From the NCBI RefSeq assembly GCF_009914755.1, contig NC_060942.1: a stretch of DNA of 64,000 nt; one strand, 5' to 3'. Below, in pieces: positions 34,181 through 52,948 of this stretch. The notes beneath the pieces were generated by a model, which was given only the letters and a program-made list of their open reading frames with translations, did no database searches and was not told the DNA's origin. The position numbers and the translations under genes are program-made. Numbering within the stretch: the stretch's first letter is position 1; each line of letters begins with the position of its first letter. The DNA comes from the human T2T-CHM13v2.0 reference genome, Homo sapiens.

Positions 34181-37100
34181 CAAAACAAAACAAAACAGTT
34201 ATTCTTGGCCTCCACTACTGCCTTCAATTCTGCTTCAGTCTGTCTGGGAAATCTGTATTTTCTTTTGAAAGCTCCACAGGGATTCACTCAGTGATGAGTC
34301 AGATGTGGGCATCATCGTCCTTGGGGCTCACTTCTCACCCCCGGTGCACGTTGCAGTCACTGAGGTGCTTGGGGAATCCTCATGATCAGGCCACCCCATC
34401 TGCAGATTCTAGTGCAAGTACTTTTGAAAGCCTCCAAATGATCCCAGAATGTAGCACATCTCAAGCTGTGCCTCAGGACCACAGGTAGGTGGAATGACTC
34501 CCAAACCCTCTTGTTTTCTTGACAGTGAACAGAGCTGAAGAAGGGTGGTGTAGTAGTTCCTGTTCCTTTCCTGCCTCACTTCCTGGCCTCAAGTGATCTA
34601 CCTGCCTGGGCCTCCCAAAGTGCAGGATTACAGGTGTGAGCCACCATGCCCAACTGAGATTTTTATTTAGATCCTTTCAGAGTTGTGTTCATCTCCTCTA
34701 GGCCAGGCCAGCAGCCTCACTTTTTGGGACACCTAAAGGCACAGTGATGTAACTAAGGTGTGTTTTCCCAATGCACGAAGACTACACCTGGATCACATCT
34801 ACAAAACAGGGCTCACCAGGCACTCTAACGCACTGAGTATGCTGAGTATGTAATCAGGACCAAGTATCCAGGCAAACTCAACATGGTAGCATTCATACAG
34901 CCATTTGCTGGATATCTGCCCAGCTGTGTTATTCATAAACCCAGAGCAGCAAAAAATTCCGACATATTAGTGGAGGCAAACAAAAAAAAATTGATTTACA
35001 TGCATCTACTGGACTCAGTTGTAGTACAATAAATATTTGCTAAATGAAGACAATTTTGTTTCCTCTACATTAATAGGCTTAGCTATGCAATATACAGTGT
35101 GTGTGGAGGCAGTCTGTGTGCATGTATGTTTTAATTGTAAACTACTTCTAAATCCTTCCTTACTGAAAACAGATGGGGGCACAAATATAAAAATGAATAA
35201 TAAATAATTTTCAAATAGCCGAAACATATTCATGTCCACAGTCCCAAAACTACTCCCCCCCAAATTCCTGAGTTCATCTGTGGCGAGCATGCTTTGAAAA
35301 CAAAGACTTTCAGAGAATTTACTCCCCCAAACTGCCTAACCAGTAATCTTGTATGGTCCCTCAATATATCCTCTTAGCAGGCCTCAGAGTTTTCATTTCA
35401 GTGCACACTGTCACTTGGCTAGTGAGCCTACCAAAGCACACCTGTAGGTTTACTAGAATCCTCTTCCTCCAATGCAGCTACTTCTGCTGCGCTTAAGGAA
35501 CCATCACCCATTCACAGCTCAGTGGCAAGAGCACAAACACTCCTAAAACTTAGGGGAGTTAGGAGGGAGGAAAGGTATCATTTTCAAGCCCAAAGTTACT
35601 AGCTATGGAGAGTGGGAGCTAAAACATGGCTTGAAAATGGAACTCAGAAAATGTTTGTCTCAAAAATTTTAGCGAAACTTGGCCCTTATCCAGAAAGAAA
35701 GAGGAAATTCTTGCATTAGCCCTTCTTCCCCCTTGTTCTAGGACTCAGAACTCTGGTTGAGTTCTCTGGCTAATTATGAGACAGGCATAGCAACATTATT
35801 TCTATGAGGAAATAAAATTCCACTCAATTAAATAATTACTTTTTTGAACACTGGCCATGCTAGACTGGAGGAACACAGTTAGTTTTAGACTTGTTCACCT
35901 CCAGTTGTTCTAGGAATCTGGGCAGCAATCAGTAATGACAATGTGTTATGGTTCCCCACCACCAACCTCAGCCCCACCCCAAATCCTGGGTGGACTAAGG
36001 TTTCCTAACTTAGCATGATGCACGCTGCCTCGTATCATGTGCCCCACCTACAGGGTGACTTGCCACCTCTGACCACTGTTTGTGTTATTAAATCTGGTTG
36101 AGCTTTTTGGCATCAACCAGAGGTGCCCATGTCCTTTGATAAATAGCTCACAGAGATGAGAATTGAGGGACACTGCCCTCAGGGCTTCCTGGAGTCCCCT
36201 GAAGCTGGTGAGGATGTGAAGACTCAAGATCAAGTCTCGCTTCCGCTGGAGAAGAGGTCTGGGCTCTGTGCCGGGGGTTCTCTCTAACAAGAATGGTCAG
36301 GTGACCTCTAGAGTCCCCCCCCAGCTCTAAACTGCAGAAAAGCTCCAATTCTATAAGCATTTCTGAGGATTACAAGTTTGGCTAAGAACTCCTGTAGTAT
36401 ATTCTGCCCTAAATGGGGTGAAAATATGGCCAGTAGATTATTCTGGGACTTCAGGTTATTTGAATATAAAATAATTTAGCTTTTTCCTTAGCAAATAAAG
36501 GTATTGTCTTCACTTGTTTCAAAAAATATGAAAACATGGTCTTTGAAATTTCCCAATTTCTAACAAAGCACAGAAATCTTCTCATGGTTTTCCAAATCAT
36601 GATATGATACATTTATATTCCCAAATCACAAAACCATGAGGAAAGACTCTTTCAAAACTGAAACTGTCACCTTACAAAAGGGGTGCCCAGAAAGGATGTG
36701 ATTTGTAAGGAGTGTTCAGGTCACAGAAGGCCTGGACCCTGAAAACCAGGGTTCTCCCTCTAACCACACACACCCAGGTTATAAAGTCAAACTCCTATAT
36801 AATCATTACAGGCTACTAAGCAGATATCAGATCCTTATCCCAAACGTTAGCATTAAGAAAACTCATGCTTCTCATGGGACAGGGAGGTGACTCATTAGAC
36901 TTCAATGTTCTAACGGCAACATAAAATGGGACCGTTAATAAAATGCAGCCTAAGCAAACACCTCTTGACCTCTTTCTGGAAAACACCAGCAGACACAAGT
37001 CTTAAGAACTTCCTGTGAGGGAGAGTTTGTGTGTGTTAGTGCTACTTAATATATGAATGTTTAAAGTATTTCGTAAAAAGTCAGCAAGGTTCTCTATTCT

Positions 37101-38181
37101 CCCTTCTGACCTTTACAACAAATGTGAGTGAGCCAATATGTGTATACATTCTATAATATTACAATGTTGATTTCAAAAGCAAACTGCCTCCCCCGTGGTA
37201 GCACCTGACTCTTCCATTCATATTCAAACCACGTCTTTCCATTAGTTCCTGAGAACTCTGAGTAAGTACACTTTCACTAACAGATCCAAAAGCAAAAAGC
37301 AGAGTGTGATAACATTTTTAAAGATAATAAACATTTGTATAACCTTAAAACTAAAATCAAGTTATGAGCCACAGATTTTAGAAACTAATTTTTGTCTCAC
37401 TGATTTTATGCTTGTTTTCATAAAAATATCCATCCTTAATTTTAAAAAATAACCTTGAAAATAGTGTTTCCTTCCTATTATTTTTAAAGGAAAGCTTCCA
37501 CAGGTAGAGTTACACTGTCCTCAAGTCACTTGATTTTGTTTCTTTAATGCAGATTTCTGGGACTTACACTAAGCTTACATAACTTGTTCTAAGTTATATT
37601 TTGTAACAAGAGAGAAAACTCTGGATTAAAGAAGTTCATACAATTTATATTTTCCCCACATACTTCAAGCTTACAAAAATTCTTGTTTATGATCACAGAA
37701 GAAAGCAACTGCAGCCACTCTCATATATCCAAATACAACGTCAGCTTCAAAATATTAGTTTACCATTCCAAAAATTATGACTAGGCCAACAAAAACTGTA
37801 ACACTTTTATATGATTTTTACTACTACACTTAAATGCAAAGAGAATGTGAAACCAAATATATTATTTTTGAAACATAATTTTTAAAAATTCTCAGTTTAA
37901 AACAGCAACTTCATTTTTTTCCTAGGAAAAAAAAGTCTTTTGTTAAATAACAACAAATAGAGATAGCAGAAAGATGGCATAGTAAATGCAGGAGGGCAGG
38001 TAGCCAAAGATTTCTGTTCAACATAACACTTAGAAGTTAATAAAATTCACTACAACATTACATTTTCCTAAGAAAGGGCATTAGTCTTTTTCTTTTGGTG
38101 GATGCCATCCCCTTGTCTCTCAGTAGTGTCCAGATTGAGCAAGCAGCGAAGGGAGCAGGGACATTGGGAGATGTAACTCAC

Positions 38182-38283
38182 CAAGATACCAGGAGGGGAC
38201 TTGTCATGGTAAACATCTTGAGTTTTACTTAATGAGCCTTTACAAACCACCTCATCTTCCTTGTCATCTTCTAAGTAAAACAT
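38182..38283 (-). CDS. LPIN2: Candidate alternative coding first exon of LPIN2 (34 codons, MFYLEDDKEDEVVCKGSLSKTQDVYHDKSPPGIL)
   Basis: ATG with A at -3; phase-0 donor TTG|gtgagt at 38181-38180. Splicing to 16363 gives ...[14 protein letters not shown] in frame. The sequence is not repeat-like and has promoter-type motifs upstream. Confidence 0.75.
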
Positions 38284-38439
38284 CTTGAAATTTAACTAGC
38301 ATGTCTTTTTTCAGAGATGAAGGTATATAATCAAAACAGAAAGCTGCTCTCTTGACAAACTGAGTACAAACTGCTTGCAGACACAGTTATATGGCTAAAA
38401 CTGAAAGGAAATGGTTCTTAAAAAAAAAAAAAGCAATGC

Positions 38440-38710
38440 ATACACAAGTTTACCAATGAGATTTGCTCAAAATACCTCAACCCCTTCTCCCCAAAGGAGA
38501 TAAGCAGGGGCATGGGACAGGTTGTGCCATGTGTTTACACTGATAGGCACCAAGACCTGCCCAATCACATGATGGCCACTGCAGCTTCCATCACACAGGA
38601 CAGGGATTGAGTTAATGATTCTCTAAACCAATCACATCCTCATTTTTTAGAAATAAAAACAGCTACTACACATATGGAGAGTGATCTTACATAAGCTAAT
38701 CATGTAAGGG
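38440..38710 (-). promoter_or_regulatory. Putative internal promoter for the alternative first exon
   Basis: Three CCAAT boxes (38453, 38561, 38628), forkhead TGTTTAC (38532), TCACATGA E-box (38565), HNF1-like GTTAATGATT (38611) and D-box/C-EBP-like TTACATAA (38687) within ~250 bp. Motif inspection only. Confidence 0.5.
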
Positions 38711-39079
38711 AAGTAATTTACAGACATTTTCCGAGCAGCAGGGAGCTTCCCAAAGTCAGCCAGATTACATGCCTCCAAGAGCCCAACTACTGAACACTTT
38801 TCCTTTGTCAGACTGGTGTGATCCAAGGTATTTTCACAATTCTGGGAGATATCCTGCTCAGTACTGTATATAACAAGCAGAATTTATTAATTTCAAGAAT
38901 ATGATAATGCAACACTGTAAAATTAAAACATTCCTGGTATTTCCTTGGCAGCTCTCAGTAAGTCAAAACATAGTAATTTTAACTGAATTTTTCTAAAAAC
39001 CGCAAACACACAACTCACATGGACAAACATATTAGATTTCTGAATTAAGATACACTGTTTTTTTCATACCATTGTCTAG

Positions 39080-39398
39080 GATTGTGCTGTTCATCACAAA
39101 CAGCCATTAGCCACGTGTGGCTACTGAGCAATGGCAATCAGGCCAGTACCAACTGCAATGTGCTCCAAGTGTAAAATACACACTGGATTTCCATGACTAA
39201 GAATGAAAAGAGAATAAAAAAACTCATAATTTCTAATATATACTACATGTTTAAAGGATATTTTGGATATACTGAGTTAAATAAGAAATTACATTTACTT
39301 TTACCTAGTTTTTTTTTTCCCACTTTTTAAAATGTGATTACTAGAAAATTTGAAATTACACATGTGGCTCACATTATATTTCTATTGGACAATGCTGC
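39080..39398. mobile_element. MER3/MER33-like hAT DNA transposon relic
   Basis: cagccattagccacgtgtggctactgagca...aattacacatgtggctcacattatatttctattggacaatgctg. Confidence 0.75.
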
Positions 39399-42300
39399 TC
39401 TAAGGCCCCGAGACAATCTTGAGAACAAGGTGGGGAAAAGGCCATTCAGGCAAGTTATAGGTAAGGAAGAACTGAGGACAACTGGATTGTTCATCATTCC
39501 TTTAAAGTATTTAGTTAATTCATCAACAATATACTAGCTGATCCACATCCATTTAACCTTCACATTAAACCCTTTTCTCTGCATCTAAACTTCACAAAAG
39601 ACAAAATTTTCAAATGTTTGACCAAGTAATAGGTGTCTGGTGATGCTTAATACAGTAACATATCACCAAGGTTCATATAATAAAAACATTAAGTGGCAGA
39701 ATTAAAAACCAATTTCACCAAAATTAGAAATGGCAAAACTTATCTTGCATGCAGCATGTTTTCCTGCTTGCCTTCTAGCCCAGCATAGTATCGTGGGCCT
39801 GCAGTACACCAAAGTGCCCAGTCACTTGCGATCTAATTCAACACACATCATGTACACAAACTCCTACTTCCAGAAGAGAATTGTTTAGGTTTTTCTGGCC
39901 TAAATTTTATGCAATGAATAAAAATTTAAATCTCTTCATCCATGATCTACTGCAGTTCAGGATCCTTGGCATCAGATGGTAGTGATAAAAACCGGATATT
40001 GGGGTGCTGCCGGTGGAGAAAAATGGAAGAAGCCAGAGGTCAGCAAGAAGGGGAGGCTAGTAGGAGAAAGAGAGATTAAAGAGAAACCTAAGAAGGTGAA
40101 AAAAAGAAAAGTTAGAGGGGCAGAGGAAATAAAATGTAGAAGAGATGAGAAAATATTCAACTGGATAGCAGGAGAAGGGGAAAACTGTAAGGAGGGTGGA
40201 AAGAAGAAAGACAAAAACCATATCCACTTTAAATGTGAGGAAACTGAGGCCCAGAAAGAGGTCAGGCAATTAGCCCAATGTCACTCAACTGGTCAGCAAA
40301 GGTGCCAGGGAGAAGAAGCCCCCCAGTTTCTGGTTCAGTGCTTTTTTGTGTTATGCCAAGCAGAGACCAAGAAAGAACATGCTGGGGATCAGCAGGAGGA
40401 GGCTGACAAGAGGTAGGAGCAAAGGCTTAGCAAGTGAGGCGTGGTGGAGATCCAGCAGGGCAGAGGTCAGCGGGTAGAATTCTGTTCAGCAACTCTTGCC
40501 TACAATGCAGCTTACACAACAGGTGGGGCACCCAAGCCAGTCATTTGGGGGTTTCCTGATAGTGTTTGTATTGTTTCCTTGTTTTAGCTGATGACTCCCA
40601 GAATGTCCTGACTGCAAGGAACATGTACTATGGACCCATCAGAAGTGAGCTCATTTTCTAAACATCTGTGTTGCCAACAGGCACACACCTAAAGTTTCCT
40701 CCTATGGCCACCTGTGGATCACCCTGACCTTCAAAGCTGGTAGCCAAAGTTCTGCTTCCACCCCCACCATCTGCAAGGTGGCACTTTTCAGTCTTGATGG
40801 ATAAATGTTAAAAATCACAACCAACAATTCTTAATCATCCCTATGATTTTCAAAGGAAAACGCTACTGTATTGTCAAACTTTTTCTCTACAGGCTAAAAT
40901 AAAAATAAATGACTACTGAAAAAAGCTACTTTTTACTTTTGTATAACATCTTCAATGATCTTTTTTTTTAAAAGTGCATAGAATTTGGAAGTCTTTTTCC
41001 CAAGACTTAACTCTTTCAAAAAAAAATAGTCTAACTTAGGGAAACAAAGCTAAAATGCTAGTTAGGAAAAACAGAATCCTGTTCAGATTCCACAGCTTTA
41101 ATGATGCTAAGTAAAATATATACCTTCTTTGTTTTTGTTTTTTCTACTACTAATCCCATAAGTATGTAAGACTAGGTATACAGGGCTTTTTAAGAGGGTA
41201 TAACGATTTATTTAAAACTTTCTAGCTAGAATTTGCTTATCTGAAGCTGTACTAAGCTGGTTCAACAGAAATACCTTTACACCACAAGCATGTTATTTTA
41301 CCATAAAACATGAAAATAATTGTACTCCCCCCCAGTGGCCATACTATGGAAACACAACACCTTGCTCCTGGATTACCAATGAAGATGTGACAAAACTAAG
41401 TTTTGATTATTAAAAAATCATGAAAATATTTTATAACCTCAATTGCAAAGAATTTCATAATACCCACCGGAATTCCTCTATAGTGAAGAACCTAAGTGCA
41501 TTTCTGCATTTTCAAGACTCCTCATGACAAAGGGAACATGTAAAGGACCATGGCTCACCTGAAACAAATGTTTTCATTTAGAGCCAAATGGCTCTCACCA
41601 TCTACACCAAAGCATATGAAGTGTTTCTTCTCCTAAATGGAATCACTTATAATTCACTGTTTATGAAAACAACCCCAAAGGGACTGACGTTTTATTCAAA
41701 ACCAAGATAAAATTCCTCTTGCTACCACTCTTGGGTTTTTCAAACATTTGTAGTTTAACTGCTCATTGGGTAATGGTTATATAGTTTACTCAAGTTCCAG
41801 TGTTTCATAATATCCTCATATAATCTCAAAATTCTAAACAAGATAGCTAGTGGCTGGCAATTTCACTGAACTGTGAGTGAATAACCAAATGCAAACAGAT
41901 CTTTCCAGGAACAGAAGAGAAAAAACAAGGGAGGGTCTCCTGAGGTCAGACGCCCAGCTTAAAGTGACTCTCCCAAAGATTAAACTTCTTTGAAGACTTG
42001 TCATTTATCTTTAAAATTCACACATTTTGTAGTCTATTCTGATAAGTCTATTTTTTTAATGTGAAAAAAAAAAAAAAAAAGAAAGACTAACTGGCCAAAG
42101 CTTTCTTCTTCCAAGTTCAAAGGTTAATGCAACACATTTACTGTAAGAATTAGAGGATGCTCAGTGTACACATCGCAGTTTAAGGAGCTTAGGACCAAAC
42201 AACCTCTGCGGTCTAACCCTTCCAACACAAATGTTTGAGGTCAAGCTTTTACCCACTATTTGGAGACAAGAGAGACAATACTGAGAGTTGCCTGGCTGTA

Positions 42301-43323
42301 GCAGTCAAGTGCATCTGAACATTAAGAGAGTAAAGCTGAACAGCCTAATTTAGGATCAGAGTAATTATGGCCTGACTTGTGTCACAACTTTTGGACAACA
42401 TTTTCAACAAAATAAAGCCAAAAGAAATGGAAAACCCTCTGTTCTGCTCAGGCAGGACTCCTGAGGCCTCAGTTGCTTGACAGGGGTGGAGGTCGGGGGT
42501 GAAGAGGGGGCCTGTTAATTGCCTAATTGTTTCTGTTTAAATGTCTTTTTCTTCTCCCATTTCACCTCTGAATAGCAGTTTGCACAGTGATGACACCCTT
42601 AGGTATACGATTTTCTGTTCTAGGGTTATATCACCCCCATTTCATTCAAACTCAAAAAATCCTGTTGAAATGCAAGTCTTACTATCATCAAATTTTAAAA
42701 CACTAAATAATTTTCAAAGTGTAGTGCTTTAATCTTTTCAGAAACAAATTACTTGTTATAGACTCACAATAACAGGGGTGGCTCAGTGCATCACAACACT
42801 GAGGCCAAGTGAAGGTGCTGGAAGAAGCCAGTGCTGGGTTCCTATACTCCAGATCAAAAAGTGAGATAGCTTAAAGCTTGTCCCCCAAAAACAGCAACAA
42901 ACAACAAATAAGGTGAGCAAGAGTTGATTATATCATTAAGACAATCCAAAGAAAATATAAGTGAAAATTATCACAAAATGTATCGGCATCATGTAGGAAC
43001 CCCTCATCCTCACATTCCTTGACTTATTTTTTTCCACGTGGACATTTCAGGTCCATCTTTGACTCCAATTTTCTCTTCCATAGCTGGTTCCTCACAACAG
43101 TTCTAATTCAAGATTTTCTCGACCACCTGAAAAACTGGTGATGGTTGTTTAAATTATTCTGTTGCTGTGATCTCTTTCAATTACTTAAAAATTTTTTATT
43201 TAAAAGATATTTGTAATCAGCTTTACTTAGTAAATTACTCTTAGTAATTACTCTTCTTCCTGCCACCTTCTTCCATCTATAGAAACGAACGGCTGCTGTA
43301 ATGTTAAGTGTACTTAGAATCCA

Positions 43324-43555
43324 GGAGGGTGGATCACTTGAGGTCAGGAGTTCAAGACCAGCCTGGCCAACACAGTGAAACCTCATCTCTACTAAAAATA
43401 CAAGAATTAGCTGAGTGTGGTGGCTCACGCCTGTAATCCCAGCTACTCAGGAGGCTGAGGCGGAGGTTGCAGTGAGCCAAGATCATACCACTGTTCTCCA
43501 GCCTGGGCGACAGAGTGAGAGACTGTCTCAAAAAAAAAAAAAAAAAAAAAAAAAA
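43324..43555 (+). mobile_element. 5'-truncated AluS with internal deletion
   Basis: Starts at ggagggtggatcacttgagg, poly-A at 43530-43555, TSD-like agaatc. Confidence 0.85.
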
Positions 43556-44814
43556 GAATCATCATGAGTGCTGCCAGCAGGCCAGATGGGTAACAGTATA
43601 AATTACTTATCTGTAGCCTTAAATGGGTCCCCAACAGAATCTGGCAACCCTCCTTTGTTTCTGTGGTCAGCTCTCTCTCCAAATTTCTGGTTCTTTTTCA
43701 AACTTCCATGCTCCTCAACCTGACTATATTCTGCCACTCTATTTCCCCATCAGAATGTACAACATTCCATATTCTTGAATGCAGGCTCATTTATGCTCTT
43801 CAGGAGAAACGGCAAAAATGACTAATATACTTTGCTATGAGAATAAAGAATTTAGTTTCACAATGTTTAGAAATTCTAATGCTATACTTAAGTGTTATGA
43901 AGAATTTTATTTAATTGGTGAAATTTAAATTAAAATGAAAGTAACTGAATTCTTAAATTATTACACTCAGTGAATCTGCCTACTTCAATCTAAAGCTTGA
44001 CTGAGATGTGTAAGAAAAAGAGAAAACCTGAAACACTGATACTCAGCTTTATATGTAAGTTATATTCTACACATACAGATGAATCCAATTCCAGATGGTG
44101 ACGGTAATTGCAATCTCCAGTGAGGGTAAAGCCTCAATGCACTAAGTAGTAAAAGAAAAGGGGAAAAGTTAGTCAGCTTTGCTACTCTTTCAAGTTAAAT
44201 GCTGGTAATGTCTAAGATTTAACCTTGTAATGTCAAGACACAGATAGGATTCAAAAAGCAAAGAGGCATCTGAAAGTTGCAACATTAGAAGAAATGCTCC
44301 CTCTTCTAAGGATAAAGCACCATTGAAACAGAACAAGTGTGACATTTCATTTTATTTTTCTTCCAGACTCAACATACTTTAATATAAAAAAGCTCTCTCA
44401 GGAACAGGGCATTTAGTTTGTGTAAAAATCTTCAGCCTTTGCAACAAATTAATTGTATTCAATTTTAAAAAGTATACTTCAAGTACAACATAGGTATTTA
44501 TATTGAAATCATAGAAGAAAACACAATCCTGACAGCCAAGCACTATTTATTTAGTATTTACTCTAAGCCATACCCTGGAATTAATCCTTTGCATATATTA
44601 TCTCTGATCTACACAATTCTCATGAAAGACAGATTTGCTTTATCCCTATATTTTACAGATGAAGAAATGGAGGTTTAGAGAGAGGTTATGTTAAATATCC
44701 AAGGACAAACCAGCTAGAGCTCAAGATGTCTTCCACAGTACCTTCTTAGACTCATTATTTAAGCTGAAATTCAGATTTACTATGCTAAGTATTTCTAAAA
44801 TCTCAAACATTATG

Positions 44815-48075
<3,261 letters not shown>

Positions 48076-48087
48076 ATTATGCAATGG

Positions 48088-48775
<688 letters not shown>

Positions 48776-50156
48776 ATTAAAATTATGCAATAAAACTCTA
48801 ATTGAAATGTAAAGCAATGTCAATACAGTCCATAGTTTAAAATGAGAATATATTCGTTCTTGGCTATAAATATCATCTTCTATTCCTATACTGTTACAAA
48901 CTTCCTAGGTTATTTGAACAACTCACTGAATATCATTAACCCTCAATTTCCTCACCCAAAAAGTGAATTTCTAGATAATTTCTATGTATCCTTCTAGGTA
49001 AAACAATCTGACATTTCGAAAACTATGGCTTTCTGAGCATTCAACTCTACTAAGTAGAAAGCAAAGTATTTCCCACAACTTAGTTTTTACCACGAGCTTG
49101 GTGATTCCACAGCAATAACTTCAACAAAAAATTACGTGTAACTTTCATTTTATGTATACCTACACACAACAGAGAGCTTCTTCCTTCAGTCAAAAATTAC
49201 ACTGGACCACAACAAATCCACTTCTGATCTCAACACAAATTCCTAATCTTAGCTTCTAAACATCTAGAAGTAACCCTAGAGAATATATATAGCCCATGAG
49301 TAGTTTGTGCCATTCTCATTTCTGAGAACCCAACTAAGCTTTGCAATATACCCTCTTTACAGAAAACATGCAAACCAGCAGCATACATGTATACCGACAC
49401 AACCATACACAGATTTGTGCTCTGAGGATCCGATGGAACCCCTCTATGGTTAGTCTGCAGACCCCAAGTAAAAAACCTCTGGTTCTAAACCACACTGCTA
49501 TTTGAAAGATGAGAGCATACAGGTATTGAAAAAGTCAATTACTTCCCAGCCAAAGTAGTTAAAACATGCTCAATCTAGCCTTACACCACACAGTAACAGC
49601 CCTTAAAATGAAGCAGTACAGACTGTACATAAATGTACGCCTATCATTCAAGAACTTGCCCAGTGCCTGTAATATCTCAGGTACCAATACTGCCTTTAGT
49701 CCTGGGTCCTGCACTTTAGAAGGCTCTGTGTATCATAAACCCAAAATACAAAGGCAGTAAGTGTTTTTCTTCTTCATTTCAGACCTCTAGGAAAGTTTTT
49801 TGAAGACAATTTAGCTAAAGGAACAGGTGGTTATCACAAGCCAAGCTGCCCCAGACCTGTGCCCTGGTCAGTGTAGATGTGTGCAGCAGACCTATGGTCA
49901 GGCTCCCTAGGGCAGCTGGCAAAGGACAAGGCTTCTGCAGGGCCACTGGTGGCCATGGAGGCCGGGCCATGGGGGTGGTGACTGGATTTATAGCTTTAAA
50001 AAATTTTTTTAATGATATATCATAGTTGGGGAGGACATATAATAATATTTTATACATGTATACAATGTGTAATGCTCAAATCAGGGTAAATGGGATATCC
50101 ATCCCCTCGAACATTTATCTTTTCTTTGGATTTACAGCTTTTAATAGTTTAGATAC

Positions 50157-50367
50157 AGGTTTTCTCAGCCTATTGACATTTTTGGTCAGATAATTCTTTG
50201 CTTGGGAGGTGAGGAGTGTAGCAGCCCTGGCCTCCAACCACCAGATGCCAGTAGCACCCTCCCCAGTGGTGACAGCCAAAAAAATGTCTCCGGTTATTTC
50301 TGAATGTCCCCGGCGGCGGGTGGGGGCGGTGTGTGGGCAAAATTGTCTGCAGCTGAGAACCACTGGT
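50157..50367. mobile_element. MER20 hAT DNA transposon
   Basis: caggttttctcagcctattgacattttgg...accagatgccagtagcacc...aaatgtctcc...tgagaaccactg. Confidence 0.85.
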
Positions 50368-51576
50368 TTAAACAGATGGTGTATGGCCCTGTATTGATAA
50401 GCCTGTTCTGACTGGGTCCCCACAAACATGTTAGGGGTGGGCCGGCAAGCACATGACTTGGCTGAATTTAGACAGGGAGTTTTATACCACAGCTCTCCCA
50501 CTTGATACAGACCTCCAGGATGGAACCTTCTTCAGTTTCAGGTCAACCTAAGCTTCACAGGCCCCCTTCATATAGCAGGGTTCAGAGCACCTGTCAGGTA
50601 GGACTGCTGTGAGGATCCCATGAGGTGGTGCCTGGAAACCACCAGCTGCTTAATAAATGCTAGTTTTCTTTTTTCTTCTCATTAAAAAAGAACTATGAAC
50701 TGAATAGTTCCAAGACCTATGCCACAGTAAGTGCTTAGCAGATGACTGTTAGGATAGGATTCTAGCCATCAAGGAGCTATTTAATAATGAGGGACACTGG
50801 AAAGGAAAACAAATGACTTTCTAAATCTAAATGCTTCAATCATCAGCTCTTTGCATGTTTTAACTTCCCAAACCATTTCCCTATGCCTTAAGACTCATCC
50901 AACTGAACCCCACTCTTCAGCCTATTTGTCCCCAGTGTCTTCTCTTCTTCCAAGTTTTGGTGTAAAACTGTTTAGTCACATCTACACTCTAGTATGAATA
51001 TTGTCTTTTAAATCAATCACCTCTGAAGGCTACAATAAATTAATTCCACTGATACACCACTGTGTAACATGACATGAGGGCTCCCCTTTCTTCCTGAAAG
51101 AACTATCTTTAAATTTAATTTAGGTGCCACACAGGATAAAAATGAGTGTCAATACCACATAGTCACAGAACTCTTATACTCCAAAAGTAAATATGATTCA
51201 TCTGACATGCGTGGTTCATCAGATGTTGCTTTGAATGGCTTCTGGCTATTTCCAAAAACCTAATCTACCTTGAAGGGTAAAGATTTTCCACCGCTGGGGA
51301 TAAAAGGATACACTGTGAGACTCTGAAAGCAATTTAAAAAGGAAGGGGTGTTTCAAAATGTTTTCCAGAATGACAGCATAGATGAAATGTATATGCTGTC
51401 CCTAAAGTGCAAAGTACATTTCATTGTGTAAGTTTCTGGTCATATTCCTTCACAGTCACATTTTTTAAGCAGGGTACCAAGCTTCCTTATTACATGTGTA
51501 TAACGGAGGACAAAACTGAAGAATTAGAGGTAATTAGCTCTATGGACAAACTTAAGACTTATTAATAAAATGTTAC

Positions 51577-52948
<1,372 letters not shown>

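Noticed and set aside
39976-40416. 146-aa Lys/Glu-rich ORF
   Set aside because: Purine-biased low-complexity sequence running into a MIR core (gaggaaactgaggcccaga); no recognisable domain.
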